Source: Epiperipatus broadwayi (lineage: Eukaryota; Animalia; Onychophora). From it: a stretch of DNA of 64,000 nt. Of the stretch, positions 1 through 12,396 are shown in pieces. Numbering within the stretch: position 1 is the first letter of the stretch; every line of letters starts with the position of its first letter. The notes beneath the pieces were generated by a model. It did not search any database. It was not told the origin of the DNA and was given only the letters and a program-made list of their open reading frames with translations. Both the position numbers and the translations under genes were made by a program. The stretch is from assembly GCA_028023455.1 (NCBI GenBank), contig JAQFVV010000008.1:5518001-5582000 (forward strand), given 5' to 3'.

Positions 1-1559
1 TATATATTTAATGACTATTTAATCTTTTTTAATTATATATATGTAATAGATTTATTATCCAGAATAATTTGAAAATATCAATGAAATACAATTATTGTTA
101 ACAATTTTTTTTTGATTAGAATCAATATTTTCACAGTAGTTGAGATTAAGTTATTTAAGACTTACTGTAGCATTTCTTATCTTTAGAATCATAATACTGC
201 AAAAATAAAATACTTAAAAATATTAAAGAAAAACGTATATACAGTATACAGTCTAAAAAACTTACTAAGCCAATATTAAATAGATACACAATAAAGACAA
301 ATTTATTACCACTATTAGAACATGTAAGAAAGATTTAATTTTTAATTTTATCAAATAGTTTTAGAATAAAATGGTAATTTTACTGATTATCATTTTGTGC
401 AGATTCTTTTTATACCTTTCTTAAAATTTTAAATTCTGAATAGGTTTGAAATCTAATTATATTAATTGCTTAGTAATTTGACTTTATAAGTTTAACTTAT
501 TTGAATGTTTAAAACATTATTTGGAAAATTATCTATGAATATTTAAGTTGAATTATTTTTTATATTAATAATTTCTTGACTGAAAGCCAAAAGCTAATAT
601 CTGTTATGTGTTTATCGTTTTTAACAAAGGCGGTCTCTTTTTTATATTCATAATCACTTGAGTCTACTAATATTATTAACATTTTCTATTTTTATATTTT
701 ATAATATTCTTTTAAAAATCAAAATATTGTCAATTCATCTTTTGTAAATTATTTACTGAAGTGGACATTATTAAATAATTAAACTAAAGTAAGCAGCTGC
801 TAAATAAAAATGGTATAAATAATTAAAATTGGAAAAGATTGATTAAAATTGTTTTAAAAAAACTTTTCTCTTTTTTTTTTTCAACTTTAAAATATTTCTT
901 TAAAAAAAAGTTTGACTTAAAAGTTAAAGCTTTTAAACTGTAAGTGAATTTAAAGAATATACAGAGATATCTGATCAATATATATGTATATAAGCCTAAA
1001 GAAGAATAATCTATTCTTGGCATTTCTAAGTGAGTCAATTAAAACCTATAATTGAACAAAAGAATTTTGTATAATTGTTATTTTCTTAAGTTAGATTTTA
1101 TAAAATTGACAGAAAGAAAGCTTTAATTTAATGTTACATAATATTATTGCATCAACAACATAAAAAAGAATGAGTTTTTTTTATTTTTTAAGAACTTTAA
1201 TGCATAAATTGATAAAAACTTAAAGTTATTAAAAATAACAATATTAGCTTCATTAATTCAATAGTCTGTTGATAATGAATTTGTGTACAATAAATGAATT
1301 ATCTATTATAATATTTTGTTTACACACAAAAGAAATCAATGTATAGAAAGTTAGACATATCCCAGTTCAAAGCAACATGACCTTGTGGTTTGTATTATAG
1401 CTAAAATTCATAATGAATTACAATTCTATAATAATAGCTAAGTACTTACTAATAAACAATAAATAGATTATAGATTAGTATTGCCATTACATTGAAAAAC
1501 AGTTCCCATGTCAAATATATATATATAATTTTTTTATTCTTGTGTAATGTTAAAATTTC

Positions 1560-3520
1560 TCTTTTAAAATGTTTACTTTATCATGGTACTGAGGCATAGA
1601 ATTTTGTTAAAATTGTATTGCAGATCATAATAAATTGGTTTTGGGATTTATAAAAAATGAATTCTGACTGTTTAATCTTAAATGATTGTAATACTAATGA
1701 CTTGTGTAAATGAAAATGTGTTTTTTCTGCTCATCAGAATAATGAAATAAGCATAAAGATTCATAAGTGGTACATATTTGAAAGATATATCTTCATCAAT
1801 TCACAAAAGATTCAAGAATGATTTGTAGATTAAAACTCAAAATGAAAAATAGTGACAGTTATGTTTATATAGTGGTTGTCTTATTGTTTGCTCTGATGCA
1901 AAGAAAGTCACAAATGAATCTGAAAATGATGTTAAAATCTGTGAAATCACTAGACAGTAATTGTTCATATGACACTATTATTCAAATAGATAAAAATGAT
2001 AGGCATAACTCATTTTAATTTGGACAGTAATATCCAGCTGGATGCAATTAAAACTGTCTTTTACAATCTTTATAAGAGAAATTTTGTCAGTCTTAAAATA
2101 TGATGATAATATGTTCTGAGACTATTATTTTTTTAAAAAAAATATGTGGATATATGAAGTTGTACCATATGATATTAATGCTTATGTGTTTCTAATTTGT
2201 AGGCTATATCATGAGTATTAATTACAGAAAAAGTACAATCAAATATTATATTAAATATGTATTTTCTCATCATAAATGAATAATTTCTAGAGAATCAGTT
2301 GTGTTTTTAGGAAATCAAGAACAGATTATAATCATGATTTTTGGTGCCATGTAAATGCAAAAAAAAAAAAATACTATAGATAAAAAAATATGATTTGTAT
2401 CTATATTATTTTTACTGATTTGGTCAATGCATTTGACTCAGTTCATTGAAAAATTAGTGCCAGTATTTAAAATGAGATGTTATTCTCTGAAGTTTATTCA
2501 TCTTATACAACTTAAAAGATTATAGTATGTGATAAAATATCTTATTGGTAGTGGAAAAATTTAAGAAATTTGAAATGAAAACCAGGGTAAATAAAGAAGT
2601 GTATTATCTCCAATTTGTGCTTAATTTTTTTATGAGCAGCGGTTTTTGAAACAATTTGCTGATGCCTTCATGTAATAAATATTAGATACAATATAGGTTT
2701 GAAGATGAAAGTGTTAATTAAAACACGTGAAAGGGAAAACAAAAATTCCATTTCCTTCATTTCTACATTTATATTATTCTGACAAATGTATTATTTCTAA
2801 TAGTTCTAAAGATCATCTACCTAATATTTCAATGTTTTGGATACTACTATTAAAAACATTGATTTAGTAATTGACTAAAAAATTGAGATAATTTATCAGC
2901 CAATGAGGGAATAAGTATCCTTGATACCTTTTAGGGTGATGATTTTCATTTTAAAAATGTGAATTAATTAAAAAATTTATTATCTTTATAGGGAGAGAAT
3001 TAGACTTGAATGCTAAGGTGCAATATAGATTTTATTGTATTGATACTGTATAACAAGTCAAAGGATAGGATATTTCATCATAGCAATATTACTATGTCAA
3101 TTTTCATATAGAGCTATTATTTTGTTTAATTTCTTATGAAAATGTGAATTCTTTATCAATGTAACATAAAGGCTCTGAAAAAACTTTATTTAAAGATGTT
3201 TCTTAAGATTCTAAACATGGAATGGCAAAAACGTGAATCAAATGGCATGTTTTTTAGTTTATTAGATTTGATGATTTTGAGTTTAATATTGTAAAAGCAC
3301 ATTTACATTGGATTGGGTATATGAATCAAGTGGAATAGTGATTAGACTTTCTAAAAATATATGTATTGTGGTAATATTGAATGTGTACTTTATGAGAGAA
3401 TCACATCTCATTTATCTTATAAAAATTTATTTAAAAAATACTATAAAAAGATTTAATATTAACTGCTTTCAGGGTGAAAGGACAATTAAACATGGTATTA
3501 AATTTTTTGAGTAAATTCCA
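1560..3520 (+). mobile_element. Ancient, heavily degenerate non-LTR retrotransposon (RT domain relic), distinct from the 28-kb RTE family
   Basis: In-frame IFTDLVNAFDSVH* at 2408-2449 (RT FIDLxKAFDSV motif). Also FRKSR near 2305, a frameshifted GV.QG.VLSP-like stretch near 2585-2615, YSD (YADD position) near 2775, and a W-I-G-Y stretch near 3308, all in the expected order. Boundaries approximate. Confidence 0.65.
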
Positions 3521-6016
3521 TAGAAAAATATAAAAGATATCATCACTATAAGATAGCATATATTGTTCTATCTATGTTATTTAAAATGAGTTGTACAGTC
3601 AATCCAAAGTCATTTTTAGCTTTTTGTTTTTTTCTTTTCTGATTTATTTTCTTCAAGAGTTAGAATGATTCATTTTCCTTTACAATTGACTAATAATGAT
3701 AGTGAAAAAATAATGTGGTTTACTGTTATTTTATTGATATAAAATGATCATTTATATCAAGTACATCTTGTATTATAAAACATTTAATAGAATTTTATAT
3801 AAATTATGAATATTATCTAAGGGAATAGTAAGTCATTCCTCATAGAAAACAATCTTCAGCCTTCTTAAATATGTTAGTAAAAATATTCATCTCCCACTCA
3901 TTTTTCAAAAGTAATCCACAAAATATAAGAATGTTTAATTAAACAAGTGGAAAGCTGTAAAAAATATGTAATATCATATTATAATTCTTATGCCAGTCTT
4001 TGTCTGTGTGTGGGCTCTATGAATTGCAAATTATTTTAGAAATGATCATCCCCTAAAATGTTTAATAATATTGATATAAATATAGATGAAGTTGTTCATA
4101 ATAAAATAGTTCCACCCTTATTTAGTTCTATACCTTACATTGATATGCAAATGTTGTCAAAAATATAATACTAATATAATATATAATTATTTTACTCAAA
4201 CTCTCTCTGTCTCTTTCTCTGTTTACATATATATATATATATAAACTAAATACATCAATTAAAAAAATAGAATTATTACTCAATATCAAATTAAGAATTC
4301 ATTACCAATGATGCAAAGATGATACAAAACAACACACACTGACATACCCCATATTATAATGGTAATTTTTGGTTGCTCTAAATATTTAGGTGAGCAAAAA
4401 TAAATATAAAATGATTTATATAGATTCGAATAAAAATTATTAAATTTAAACATCTGTGGTGGTGATGATGATTAATGACATAAATATAGTACTGATAACT
4501 AAACTAATTAGTAATCTATTACAACCAAAAGTATTTTGATTTATTGTTCTAGTTTCAATAAATAAAAAATGAAACATTATGACACCAAACCTTCTAAATA
4601 GAAAGTTTCCTTTTGGAAAACTCATTAATGCCCAATCACCATCATTTATAAATTATTACTATTATCTCTGCCTGTATCCAATGGATTGTGTGATTTCTCA
4701 GAGTTTGTGAATATGTACAGCATATGTTTAGAATGAGTTAGAAAAGCAAACACAAACTAAATTGGTTAATAATAAAAATAAGTTAATAATTTATTAATAA
4801 TAGATATATAAACTTGTTGCTTATGTATTTGCAACTATTATTAAATATAGTGAGTACAATACAAAATAGTAAAGATAATAAAAAATAATAATTATTAAAA
4901 ATATTTTAACTTAAGACCTTATGATAACTATATTAAGAAGATCTTACCAAGTGAAAAATTTGAAAAGTTTGACACAATGGTTTTCTGTAGATATTATTAT
5001 TTTGCTCTATTTATGAATAAGTCTTGATTCATTCATCCAGAATGCTAGTTGTCCTCCTTGGGAATTTGGGGACATTAGCTAAGGTATAGCAAAGGTATTG
5101 ATAGGTATTAGAGCATAGTCCACTTCTTTCATCATGGCATGATTAAAGCAAGTAACAGTTGGTTTTAGCAAACTTCAGGGTTAATTTGTGGATTCAGGTG
5201 TTTTGACTGCCATTGAAGAATAATTTTAAATGTCAGCAAGACATGACAATCCAAGCTATACTGGAAAACTTTTAACCATCAGTTTCTCTTCTCTTCATGG
5301 TATTACTGCAACACTGTTTCTTGGATTAAGGCTTAAAATAGGTTAGCTTGCTCCAGTTGTTCATTTCTGATCTATTTATATTACACTTGTTGTTTTTCAC
5401 ACCTATCACTGTACTCAATGAATAATTTCTATACAACAGCTTTATTAGTTTTATCTAAAAATATTTTACTAATTACAAAGAACTTCTTGAGGAAACAAAT
5501 AATTTTACATATATATTATTTTAAATTATATCATTATTTTTATAAATTAAAAAAACAAATATTTTTTTTATTTATTTATTTATGTTAGCAGTATAAAAAA
5601 AGAAAAAATATTACCGACCTCTAAAAATTGCTCAATAACTTTTTAAATTTTACTAACACACAATTTTTAATAAAATATTTAGATTTGCCATTAAATTTTC
5701 TATAAGAAAAGGCAAATTATTCCTTTAAGATCCCCTCCAATGAGGAAATAGGGTCACTAAACACTATGCATTTACTTATACTGTGCAAATTAAATTTGTG
5801 TAGTGGTAAACCCAATTTTTCTTTCATCCTTTACATAATATTAGTTAAAAATTTATTGTTTTTACTTTTACAAAACACATTTCCTTAATAATGTGATTAA
5901 AATATATAGATAGAGACTCTTATTTTTATTTTATTTTTTTAAATCAATGTATGTCATTTCTAGTACACACACATACACATAGGCCATTTTTTATACATTT
6001 ATCAATTATTCTATGA

Positions 6017-6760
6017 CACTTTTTTTTCTTTTTTTTTCTCAAAGCAACTTTATTAAGTCACTAAAGTATGATCCACCTGTGCAGGGACCACATTCTGTCA
6101 CCTGCAGCAGTGGGCCATAGAGGCTACAATGTTACATTGATATTCTGCAGCTGGGTTGTGAGTATTACAAGTATATTCTGCAGCTGGGTTGTGAGTATTA
6201 CAAGTATATAAAAAAATACATTCCAAGTACAAACATCAAGAAAAAACACAAAAGAGGAAAAAAAGGACATGAATTATCACAGATCAAATGTCAGTCAATC
6301 AAGGGGATGCTATGTCCATTTGAGGAGAGTTCATGTGAGACAATCAACTCTCAGCCCACCTGGCAAGTCTCCAAGCAGCTCCCCCAGACCCATCCATGAC
6401 CCATCAGACAGAACTCAGTTTAGCGAGAACCCAGACCCACTCCTTGGACAAGGTTAAACTGCTTTGGCCCCTGCTGTAAGTGGGTTACAATTAATCTGGG
6501 TGTTACATAAGTTCAGCATGTCTGGAACACAAACCAAATCAAAGAGGGCCACAAGAACATTGCCAGATCTCTCTAAACCTGGGTGTGGTGATGATCGCCG
6601 ATCGATCCCGCTGATAAACAAATCCTTCATAGCCATCACCTCTACCCTTGAGACTGAGAATTCAGGCAAAACCAATGATTAGATTCATGGTCCCACTAGG
6701 TCCTCAGGGTTCACAATCCAGTTCGTATTATACCCTTATTCTGAACTAAATTGTGACAAC
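6017..6760 (-). mobile_element. Polyadenylated retroposed sequence, probably a 5'-truncated LINE 3' end
   Basis: Abrupt GC-richer island. On the minus strand it ends in a T-rich tract, AATAAA (plus-strand TTTATT near 6050) and an A-tail (plus-strand T-run 6020-6038). No recognisable protein motif and no clear TSD. Confidence 0.5.
6141..6206. repeat. Perfect 33-bp tandem duplication
   Basis: TATTCTGCAGCTGGGTTGTGAGTATTACAAGTA at 6141-6173 and 6174-6206. Confidence 0.95.
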
Positions 6761-6779
6761 ATTTCAATTATGATTCTGC

Positions 6780-8235
6780 TTTACTGATCCTATTGAGTTC
6801 TTCTAATCCAAGTTGAGTTCTAATTTTGATGCTTAATTAGAGTTCCAATTATAAAATCTAATGGTTTGTATTTAGTCTTTGGGTTTTTCTTAATAATTTA
6901 AATCTAAAGGGATTGAATGATTAACCGCTTGTGTTTCTGTCTAGGTCCATAACATCCAATAAATCCATTTTTATCTCTAAATCATTGTTTTTTATTTTCT
7001 AATTCACTTCGTCATAATTCTAAGTCAATTTGAAACATTTTGAAGAATTTTTATTTTTTTGTGTCGTCCCAATTGCACCAGCATTGGCCCAATAATGTTT
7101 GATCTAATCATCATAAATTTCTAATTTTTATGCAGGGAAGTAGCTTAAATCATAATCCATAGTGTTTAATTTTGAATTTGATATCAAATTAATATTTAAA
7201 ATTGTTTTCTTTTCTGAAAAATTTATCACATTTGGCCACCTCCGGTTCAACACTGTGATATTGTTGATTTTTCTTTATGAAGAATTTAACATTAAAAAAA
7301 AAACATTTTTTTCCTGGCTTTAGATTAATCTTTGCATCTGGTATGTTTCTCCAACTGTTTTTTGTCCTCCCTGACTGGTTTTTAGTTGTTGAAAGTTTTT
7401 TTAGTTCTTGATATCAGGAATTAAGTTTGAACTCTCAGGAATATCATAGTTGAGCTTTTTTTTTTTACTTTTATTTTCACAGGTATTAATTTTCTAATCG
7501 TTCTAAATTAGCTCCATCATCAAAATTAGGATTTTTGTTATTATTTCCTCTTTTGAATTATTAGATTACATTTTAAATACGTTTTCTCAGTTTTAATGAT
7601 TTTAGTAGTTATTTATATTAACTTTTGCTTGATTAATGGTGGCCATTTGCATAGAATAAAACGATTGGTAAATTGAGTTATTTTGGCTTAAAACTGATTT
7701 AAAGTTTCTTGGAAAGGTGTAAAAGGTTAAAACAAGTGGTCACTTATGTTTTATCATTCATCTTCTTACCAACTCCTGTCTTGAATATGTGAATCCTCCC
7801 ATCCTTGTGGAGCCAGTAAGCAGTGAACTGTTTCCGCTCACAACAGGAAGTGGACTCCTCTGTTATAAAGTTTTGATTATATATTTGTGTTATGAAAATT
7901 AGGATTTTTGTTATTATTTCCTATTTTGAATTATTAGATTACATTTTAAATACGTTTTCTCAGTTTTAATCTATTTTTAATGATTTTAGTGGTTACTTAT
8001 ATTAGCTTTTGCTTGATTAATGGTGGCCATTTGCATAGAATAAAACGATTGATAAATTGAGTTATTTTGGCTTAAAACTGATTTAAAGTTTCTTGAAAAG
8101 GTGTAAAAGGTTAAAACAAGTGGTAACTTATGTTTTATCATGCATCTTCTTACCAACTCCCGTCTTGAATATGTGAATCCTTCCATCCTTGTGGAGCCAG
8201 TAAGCAGTGAACTGCTCCCACTTGCAACAGGAACT
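6780..8235 (-). mobile_element. Degenerate LINE 5' portion (ORF1 C-terminus plus AP-endonuclease relic, CR1/L2-like)
   Basis: Minus-strand YWLHKDGRIHIFK (about 7780-7818, repeated near 8165-8202) resembles the WxxxGKIFVRK ORF1 tail. A TGGG-type endonuclease motif lies near 7235-7248 and ET/KPG-like remnants near 7315-7350. Confidence 0.4.
7522..8233. repeat. ~373-bp tandem duplication
   Basis: AAAATTAGGATTTTTGTTATTATTTCC...CAACAGGAA at 7522-7849 and again at 7895-8233, with high identity by eye. Confidence 0.9.
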
Positions 8236-10584
8236 TTTTTTCTTTAATTGTGCAACTTTATAACTGAAAATTATTTAAACTGCTAGTGGATTTGTTCTGT
8301 TACAATACGTGTATATGTGTTTGTGTAACTTTGCATTTCAAACTATAAGTAACGAAATACATTTATATAAATGTATTAAACAGAATAATTATTCTTTAAA
8401 ATATTAATAACTAAGTATGCTTTGGATGTAGTATACCAGACTCATAAAAATCAATTATATTTAGTTCTGTTTGATCAACATGTGTATAACACTAAAATGA
8501 ATCAGCAAATTGATAAATTGATTTTTGAAAGAATTGATAAATATAATTTAAAAGTAATGAAATATAAATATATGAATGATGTTTTAAACTCATACATAAC
8601 CCAAACATATATGAGAAAAGAATATTTGAAGATTTATTCTTCAGGTGCAATAGTATCATGATCATTTGCAATCTTTAATTGATTTTAGAGCATCTCAAAT
8701 GGTGGCACAAGAGATAATGGGCTTTGGTAAAATTACCATTTAAGTCTACTTTTGAATTTATAAAAATGTTGTTCTGCTAAAACATTTGATAATTATATTA
8801 TGCCCTCATTTGATATATGTGAAATGTGTAGATCAGTAGAAAACTTACAATATATAAATAATATGAATAAGCTTTTGTTGATATATGGTATGAATAAACA
8901 AATATTATAATGTATTATTGACATATTAAAATAGATGGTCCGGATATTTCTGTAGGCTATTCACATAAATTCTTTTGAATGAAAGAGCTGGCCAAAGAGT
9001 TTGGTGAATGGTAATGATGTTTTCAATTTGTTGGTATCAGAGATTGAGGCTTGTATTTTCATCTAATATTGGAGTGGGGAAAGGGGGTGAAAGTATGATG
9101 ATATTATATAGAAGATATGTTAGCAATATATTTATATATAGTCTAAGAATATTAAAAATATATGTTTAAATTATTAAATAGGACTTCAGGTTTACAGTAG
9201 ATGATTGATTATAAAAATGATGAATTTAAATATTTAGATGCATATATATCCAGAAATATTAATGAATTTTATTATAGAATGATTGATTGTAAAGCCTTTA
9301 AATGCAAGGGATTTTATTCATCTTTTATAATGCATTCCTTTAAAGTATAAACTTCCAGGGTTTTTTAATATTATATTTTTTTATTTACATAAGCTTGAAT
9401 CAGATAGGAAGCAGTATATTAAAAATTATATTAAAAATTCAGTAAGCCTGATGTGTAATGATAGTTTGTTATACAGACATTTTTAATTACTCTATTTAAA
9501 AAGTCAAATTAAAGCTTGATAAATTTAAAATTAACAGAGTATGGATTTTCTTGCTTTATGTTTCTAATTTATAAATGAAATTGAAAAATGTTATTTCTAA
9601 AGATTTTAATATTAAATTTAGATCTACTTTGTCTTTAAATAGATTGATAAATCATATTAAGAATAGAATAAATCAGGCTGGAAAGTATCAAATTGAATAT
9701 TCCATTGCATAGGAAACATTTGCTTGTTCAGTCATTTATTATAATGAAATAAAAGCTGGTTTGTTTATAAATGTGAGGTAGCATATTTGTCAATATAAAA
9801 AAATCAAAATCTATTCTTCTGATCTTTTTTTTTTTTTGTCATAAGAAAAATTCTGGGAAAATAGTTTTTGCGTGTAGTGAACCAAATGATAGGAAAAGAA
9901 AAGTTAAGAAGACTTGATATAGTATTAGATTCTAATAATACCAAAAATCAAAGATTTATTATTGTGTACAAGTGAGCATGCTCTAAAATTTTAATTATTA
10001 AATACTATTTCTTTAATAGATTATTAACATGAGTGATGTCCTGTATCAAAATCATGTTGGTATATTATTTTAAAAACTTATATTGTTTAACACATTGATA
10101 TAGGTTTCCAAAATTCAAATTTACATTACAATTACCTTTAATATTAAAAAAAAAAGATTTGAACAAATTAATATATATATAATCTTTAATTTAAAAAATT
10201 TGTGACCAGAAATAAAGATTTTAGCTCTATAGGAAATCCTTTAATTCTATAAAGCTTATTTATTTTTAATTGTCTAATACTTTCAGTATATTTTTATATC
10301 ACAGTCATAACATATATATATATACCTTGATTATGATATATATATATATATATTTGAAAAATCTGGGGGAAAATCCTTTTGAAAAAGTAGTACTCATATG
10401 ATTCTACAAGTTGATACTAAGTCAATATCTTTTAATAATAGTAATAGTAATAATAATACAATTTTTATTATAAATTTCTCTTATCAGTGCTTATGCTTTA
10501 ACATAAATTTATTCTCAATGATATTTAATTTATATATAATTGCAAGGAAATCCAGTCATATATTCTACTTAATAGTTAAACATT

Positions 10585-10690
10585 AGATAAAGTGCTGGGC
10601 TTGACCTGATATTTTACATCTAATGCTGGAATATCCTAGCACCTCACTGACAACATTCATATTTAGAAACTAGTCTGAGGATATGGATAT
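10585..10690 (+). mobile_element. Old fragment of hammerhead-bearing family A
   Basis: CCTCA-CTGACAA-...-GAAACTAGTC-TGAGGATATGG (10642-10686) matches the family A consensus CCTCA-CTGATGA-...-GAAACTAGTC-TGGGGATATTGG. Confidence 0.6.
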
Positions 10691-11181
10691 TTTGAAAAGC
10701 TTATTTAAAAATTGGCATGCTCATTATATATATATTCACGCAATGAGAATAAACAAGAATGATTTCAGTTGCAATCAGAACATATAATACTTTGAAATTA
10801 AAATAATCCATGATGTTTGAAATATTACGAACTGTTTTATGCATAACACCACTTATATTTATATATATAAAGTGTTTATTTGTATTAATTTTTTTAATTA
10901 ATTTTTTTAATAGTTTATTTTATTATATGGTCAGTTTGTCATGAGTTCAAATAATATTTAAATACTTAGGATGTAATCAGATCAGACTTATTTGAGGCAT
11001 ATTAAGGTCTATGGATCATGCTCAGACCTGTTATTTCTAGTTCCAAACTTTTTATGAAGTTTCAAGCAAAAAAGTCATTTACTTATTTTAATAGACAGAA
11101 TACTATTTATTTTTCTTTGTCAGCAATCAAGCAAAGATCTTTTTATCTTATTACTCATGCTACTAATCAACTATTCAGAAT

Positions 11182-11217
<36 letters not shown>

Positions 11218-11239
11218 TATACTAAACTTAATGTAAATA

Positions 11240-11412
11240 TAAGGGACTTGAACTCAGATTTTCTAATCACCACAGCTATTCAATCCATCTTATATACAAC
11301 TGATACACATGACTATATTCATGTGAAAAAGTTGAATGATCTCCTATATAAGTATTTTGAGCTGAACCAGCACATCAATTGGTCCAGATCATCATCGCCC
11401 ACACATACATAG
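11240..11412 (-). mobile_element. Degenerate copy of hammerhead-bearing family B
   Basis: The reverse complement aligns with the 42.3/54.8-kb copies (GATGATCTGGACCAA-TTGATG-TGCTGGTTCAGC...AAATCTGAGTTCAAGTCCCTT). The core is decayed. Confidence 0.7.
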
Positions 11413-12324
11413 TCATATATATATATATCTGTCTAATAAATAAATAAAATATGGTGCAATTTAACTTTTTAAACATTCAATGCTGAATAAATTGCAAAAG
11501 CATGCTTTCAATTATTTTAAGATAATTCTTTCCACTATATACAATAACAGTAAAGCCATATTGTGTGTTTTATCATTATACATTACTGCAGTTGTATGCT
11601 ATCCAAAAAAAAATTTAAATAAACAAAAAAAATATAAAAACAAATAAAAAATATTAAAATTTATAAATTTAATAAATTTTATAAGTCTGTATTAGTTATG
11701 ATATAGTAGCTGTTGTGTTATTATCATGGATCACCCCACACTAAATCCAACTTCTTAAATATTACAAATTATATTTATGCAAGCTTTGTTTTAAAACCAC
11801 ATTTCATGCATTTCTTTCTTTATTTCTTCCAAAAGTATGATATGGTACTGCATACTATGAAATAAAATATTTTCTTAATTAAGTTAAAGCTCTATAAAAT
11901 TTAAGAAAATTCATAAAATACTTTTTTAAAAATGATAAGACAAAAGTTATCAATTTAGTAGAGACAAAAACAAGATGGGTGAAATGTGTCTGTTAATGAT
12001 ATTTATTCCATCAGGAGTTTAAAATTTAAAAGAAGAGTTTATCTAAGAATCTGAAATTGATGACTGCAAGTAGAGATGACTATAAAGATTCTAAAGTTGA
12101 TGTTGACTTAAAAACATCAAAACAAATGGAGTCTATATTTCATGATAATAAGATTGTTATTAAGTTTTCACAAAAAAAAAAAAATTGAAGAAAAATAATA
12201 TCATTAGAGCACTTTTTAAATTACAATGAAACTACTAGGGGGTATGATACATTAATGGCTTCAGGTCAAAGTCTGATATTTCACTGCCTGTTTTATTTTA
12301 AAGAAATAAAACTGTGGTACAATA

Positions 12325-12325
12325 A

Positions 12326-12372
<47 letters not shown>

Positions 12373-12396
12373 CATCATCATCATCATTATTATTGT
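12325..12396. repeat. (TTA)n/(TCA)n microsatellite
   Basis: Seen directly. Confidence 0.9.

Noticed and set aside
4980-5400. Coding-looking, GC-richer stretch
   Set aside because: Stops in all minus-strand frames checked and no recognisable motif.
11495-11540. Minus-strand hairpin followed by GAAA-GCATGC-TT
   Set aside because: The upstream heptamer (GTGGAAA) does not fit any compensated core.
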